From Octopus sinensis (taxonomy: Eukaryota), in assembly GCF_006345805.1 (NCBI RefSeq), contig NC_043000.1:25544001-25608000 (forward strand): DNA of 64,000 nucleotides. Reading direction: 5' to 3'. Positions within the stretch are counted from its first letter, which is position 1, and each line of letters begins with the position of its first letter. The position numbers and the translations under genes were made by a program. The notes beneath the pieces were generated by a model that was not told the origin of the DNA, ran no database searches, and saw nothing but the letters and a program-made list of their open reading frames with translations. Shown in pieces: positions 60,716-64,000 of the stretch.

Positions 60716-62738
60716 ATCTCAGCTGTCTCAGAACTCAAGCACAGACCAGTTGCCATGGACACAGCAGTTAGCATGGACACCAAACAATGTATCTCTTGTA
60801 TATCTGATACCTGGGTATAGGAAAGTAATATGAAGGCTTCTGTCGTTGCTATTTAGACCTGCTTCGAACATAATCAAGCAGATCTATGATCAAAGACGCT
60901 CCAGCAATGACCATCCCATATTTCTAGTGGTAAATAATCTAATGTATTTTTTTAAAATTTAAAATTAGGGTACATTTTGAGGGAGATTCAGCCGCTATTT
61001 CTAACAGATCAGGACCACTTGTAGGCTCCTTCAGTGACTCTTGAAGAGAAATGTGAATAATGTGCATTGTTATTTAACCCCAGGACAACCTAGATTGTGC
61101 AGAACTATGATCAATGATATTCTAACCATGACCATCCCATTTGTAATTAGACACATTGTAAGAAAGATTACATAATGCAGTGTCTTCTTTTACTAAAATG
61201 GGAGGTTGTAAATTGAGGGAGATTTAGCTGTTATTTCTGTCAGGTGTAGCTGTCATGCAGAGGTCTCCCTTGTTAAGCTCATACCCTTATACAAACATCA
61301 CACTGTTATGATGTGATTTCTATTTTTAACAGGTTTTGCTATCATGTACAAGTCAACCACATTCACTCATACATTTATAGATACACACCTAAAGCTGTAG
61401 TGTGTGGTTTGAGGAAGATTTGGCTGTGATTTCTATCAAATCTGGCTAGCATGTAAGGGCTTGCTCATTGGCTCATGCAAGCATCTATCTCACAATCTTG
61501 ATGTCGTGAGTTCAATTCCTGGTGGCATTGGCATGTCCTTGAGCAAGACACTTTATTTTTCATGTTGTTCCAGTTCACTCAGCTGGCAAAAATGGGTTCA
61601 TCATCATTATCATCGTTTAACGTCCGCTTTCCATGCTAGCATGGGTTGGACGATTTTGACTGAGGGCTGGCAAACCAGACAGCCACACCAGGCTCCAATC
61701 TTGATCTGGCAGAGTTTCTACAGCTGGATGCCCTTCCTAATGCCAACCACTCTGAGAGTGTAGTGGGTCCTTTTTACGTGCCACCGGGTTGTACCTGTAA
61801 TTCAAAAGGGCCAGCCTTGTCACATTCTGTGTCACTCTGAATCCCTCTGTGAACTATATTAAGGGTATGTGTGTCTGTGGAGTATTTAACCACTTGCACA
61901 TTAATTAAATGAGTAGATTGTTTTGTTGATTGGATTAACTGGAACCCTAGTTGTCATAACAGAGAGTGTCAATATTGTTATCTCCCACTTCATGTGGAAG
62001 TTGTGTTAGAACACAAAATACTGCTTTATTTACCATGAGAGGACCTCTCATATGGACTGATATTGCGTAAAAGCATTCATGTTTATGTCGTTGACAGGCG
62101 ATAACCATCCACTATAGCCATCCATCCATCCATCTCATCATCTTCATTTAACATCTGTCTTCCATGAATTGGAGAGTTTAATAGGATCTGACAAGCCAGA
62201 AGACAGCATGTTTTCTATTGCTGGCTGTCCTTCCTAATGCCTATCACTTTACAGGGCAATGTGTACTGAATGCTTTTTTGTGGCACCAGCATTAGTGAGG
62301 TTGCTGAGTAATTTGCAAGGCAAAGAAAAGAAAAGGATAAAAGTCCCTTTCAACCAAGTGAGAGTGTATCTGACTGAGGGGGAGGTGGATTTACACCAGG
62401 TGTTGAAGGCAAAAGTAAGATAGTGACAAGCACAAGTGTTTTACTGTAGAAGCTTCTATCATCATCATTATCGTTTAACGTCTGTCTTCCAGGCTATTCT
62501 CAAAGTTTTTTTCTTTTAATCTATGCCAATTTCTGGTTTGCTGCCTCATTCTCCTTTCGACAAGTGTATTACTTTCTTCTGCCAATTCTTTGATTTTTCT
62601 TCAAGCACTCTCCTTCAGTCTGATCATTAGAATCATGTGTGGATTAAATAGTATTTCACCCTTTAGCATTTGGATTACTCTTCTAAATGTGATGCTTATT
62701 TATTGACATCATTTTGAAATAGTCATGCATTAGGAGAA

Positions 62739-63785
62739 GCGTAGGAGTGGCTGTGTGGTAAGTAGCTTGTTTACCAACCATATGGTTACGGGTTCAGTCC
62801 TACTGCGTGATACCTTTGGCAAGTGTCTTCTACTATAGCCTCGGGCCAACCAAAGACTTGTGAGTAGATTTGGTAGACGGAAACTGCAAGAAGCCCGTCG
62901 TATATATTTATATATATTTGTGTATGTGTGTGTATATGTTTGTGTGTCTGTTTGTACCCCAACATCGCTTGACAACCAATGCTGGTATGTTTACATCCCT
63001 GTAACTTAGCGGTTCGGTAAAAGAGACTGATAGAATAAGTAGTAGGCTTACAAAGAATAAGTCCTGGGGTCTATTTAGTCGACTAAAGGCGGTGCTCGAG
63101 CATGGCCACAGTCAGATGACTGAAACAAGTAAAAGAGTAAAAGAGAGTATCTCATAGCTTCAAGATTTCGATGACATGATTGCTTATATGTAGAATGACA
63201 TTGTAGGGAAAGTGTAAGAAGCCAGATTTGACCAGTTTTAATGTAGAACAGGTAGAACATTCGAACCAGATATGGTTGGTTTAAATATTAAAGGATTAAG
63301 GTGGTTTATCTTCTTTGAAGACAGTTACTCTCGTTTTACTGTCTTTTACTTGTTTCAGTCATTTGACCTGCAGCCATGCTGGAGCACCGCCTTTAGTTGA
63401 GCACATTGATCCCAGGATTTATTCTTTGTAAGCCTAGTACTTACTCTATCAATATCTTTTGTTGAACTGCTAAGTTACGAGGACATAAACACACCAGCAT
63501 TGGCCTGCTCGCTTAGCCAGCGGGATAGCGTCATTTGAAGGCTAAAACAATGCGAAGCGCATTGTGACCAGCGATGTGTAGCAACATCTGATAGCCTTTT
63601 ATTTTATTTGTTTCAGTCATTTGACTGCAGCCATGCTGGAGCACCGCCTTTAGTCGAGCACATCAACCCTAGGACTTATTCTTTGTAAGCCTAGTACTTA
63701 TTCTATTGATCTCTTTTGCTGAACCGCTAAGTTACGGGATCATAAACACACCAGCATCGGTTGTCAAGTGATGTTGGGGGGACAG
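62739..63785. mobile_element. SINE A full (+, 62739-63140) and two reverse 3' modules (63335-63500, 63595-63785) with an unrelated SINE-like tail piece between
   Basis: Family motifs. Confidence 0.8.
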
Positions 63786-64000
63786 TTGTTCAATTAGTAA
63801 TAAAAAGCTATGATATTAGTTAAGGATTGCCAGTGACAAGGATAACACTAAAGTACCTCAAGCTGTTAGAAATAGCAACCAATGTGGAACCCTCAAAAAA
63901 AAAATCGCTCAAATTTCCAGACAAACAGCAACTCAACTAAATCTCTCCCTAATCACACCCTACTGTCTTTACTGACACTCCACCGGTTATGATAATTGTT

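Overview
AT-rich, repeat-saturated eukaryotic DNA. The SINE and RTE-tail families match what I recall from Octopus genomes; this is recall only and needs BLAST confirmation. I recognise no host protein-coding gene. Almost every ORF in the supplied track comes from microsatellites, SINEs or decayed transposons. The only identifiable protein homologies are fragments of an RTE LINE (APE+RT), CR1-type LINE 3' ends, and mariner and Tc1 transposases. Non-autonomous elements include three or four tRNA-derived SINE families, (GAT)n-tailed RTE 3' ends, Helitron-like elements, and MITEs (hAT/Charlie, Merlin-like, Tigger-like, piggyBac-like), several of them nested with readable target-site duplications. 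The most interesting signal is a set of type I hammerhead-ribozyme motifs in about five unrelated sequence contexts. Two fold intact (1496-1556 with its mirror copy 1386-1446, and 49290-49344), one family has a CUGUUGA variant core, and the rest are degenerate. Several sit in head-to-head inverted repeats beside (TA)n tracts, as expected for non-autonomous Penelope-like or retrozyme-type elements. A few candidate splice-flanked exons and two CpG-rich promoter-like zones are reported at low confidence. Coordinates were read by eye; ends of degenerate repeats are approximate.
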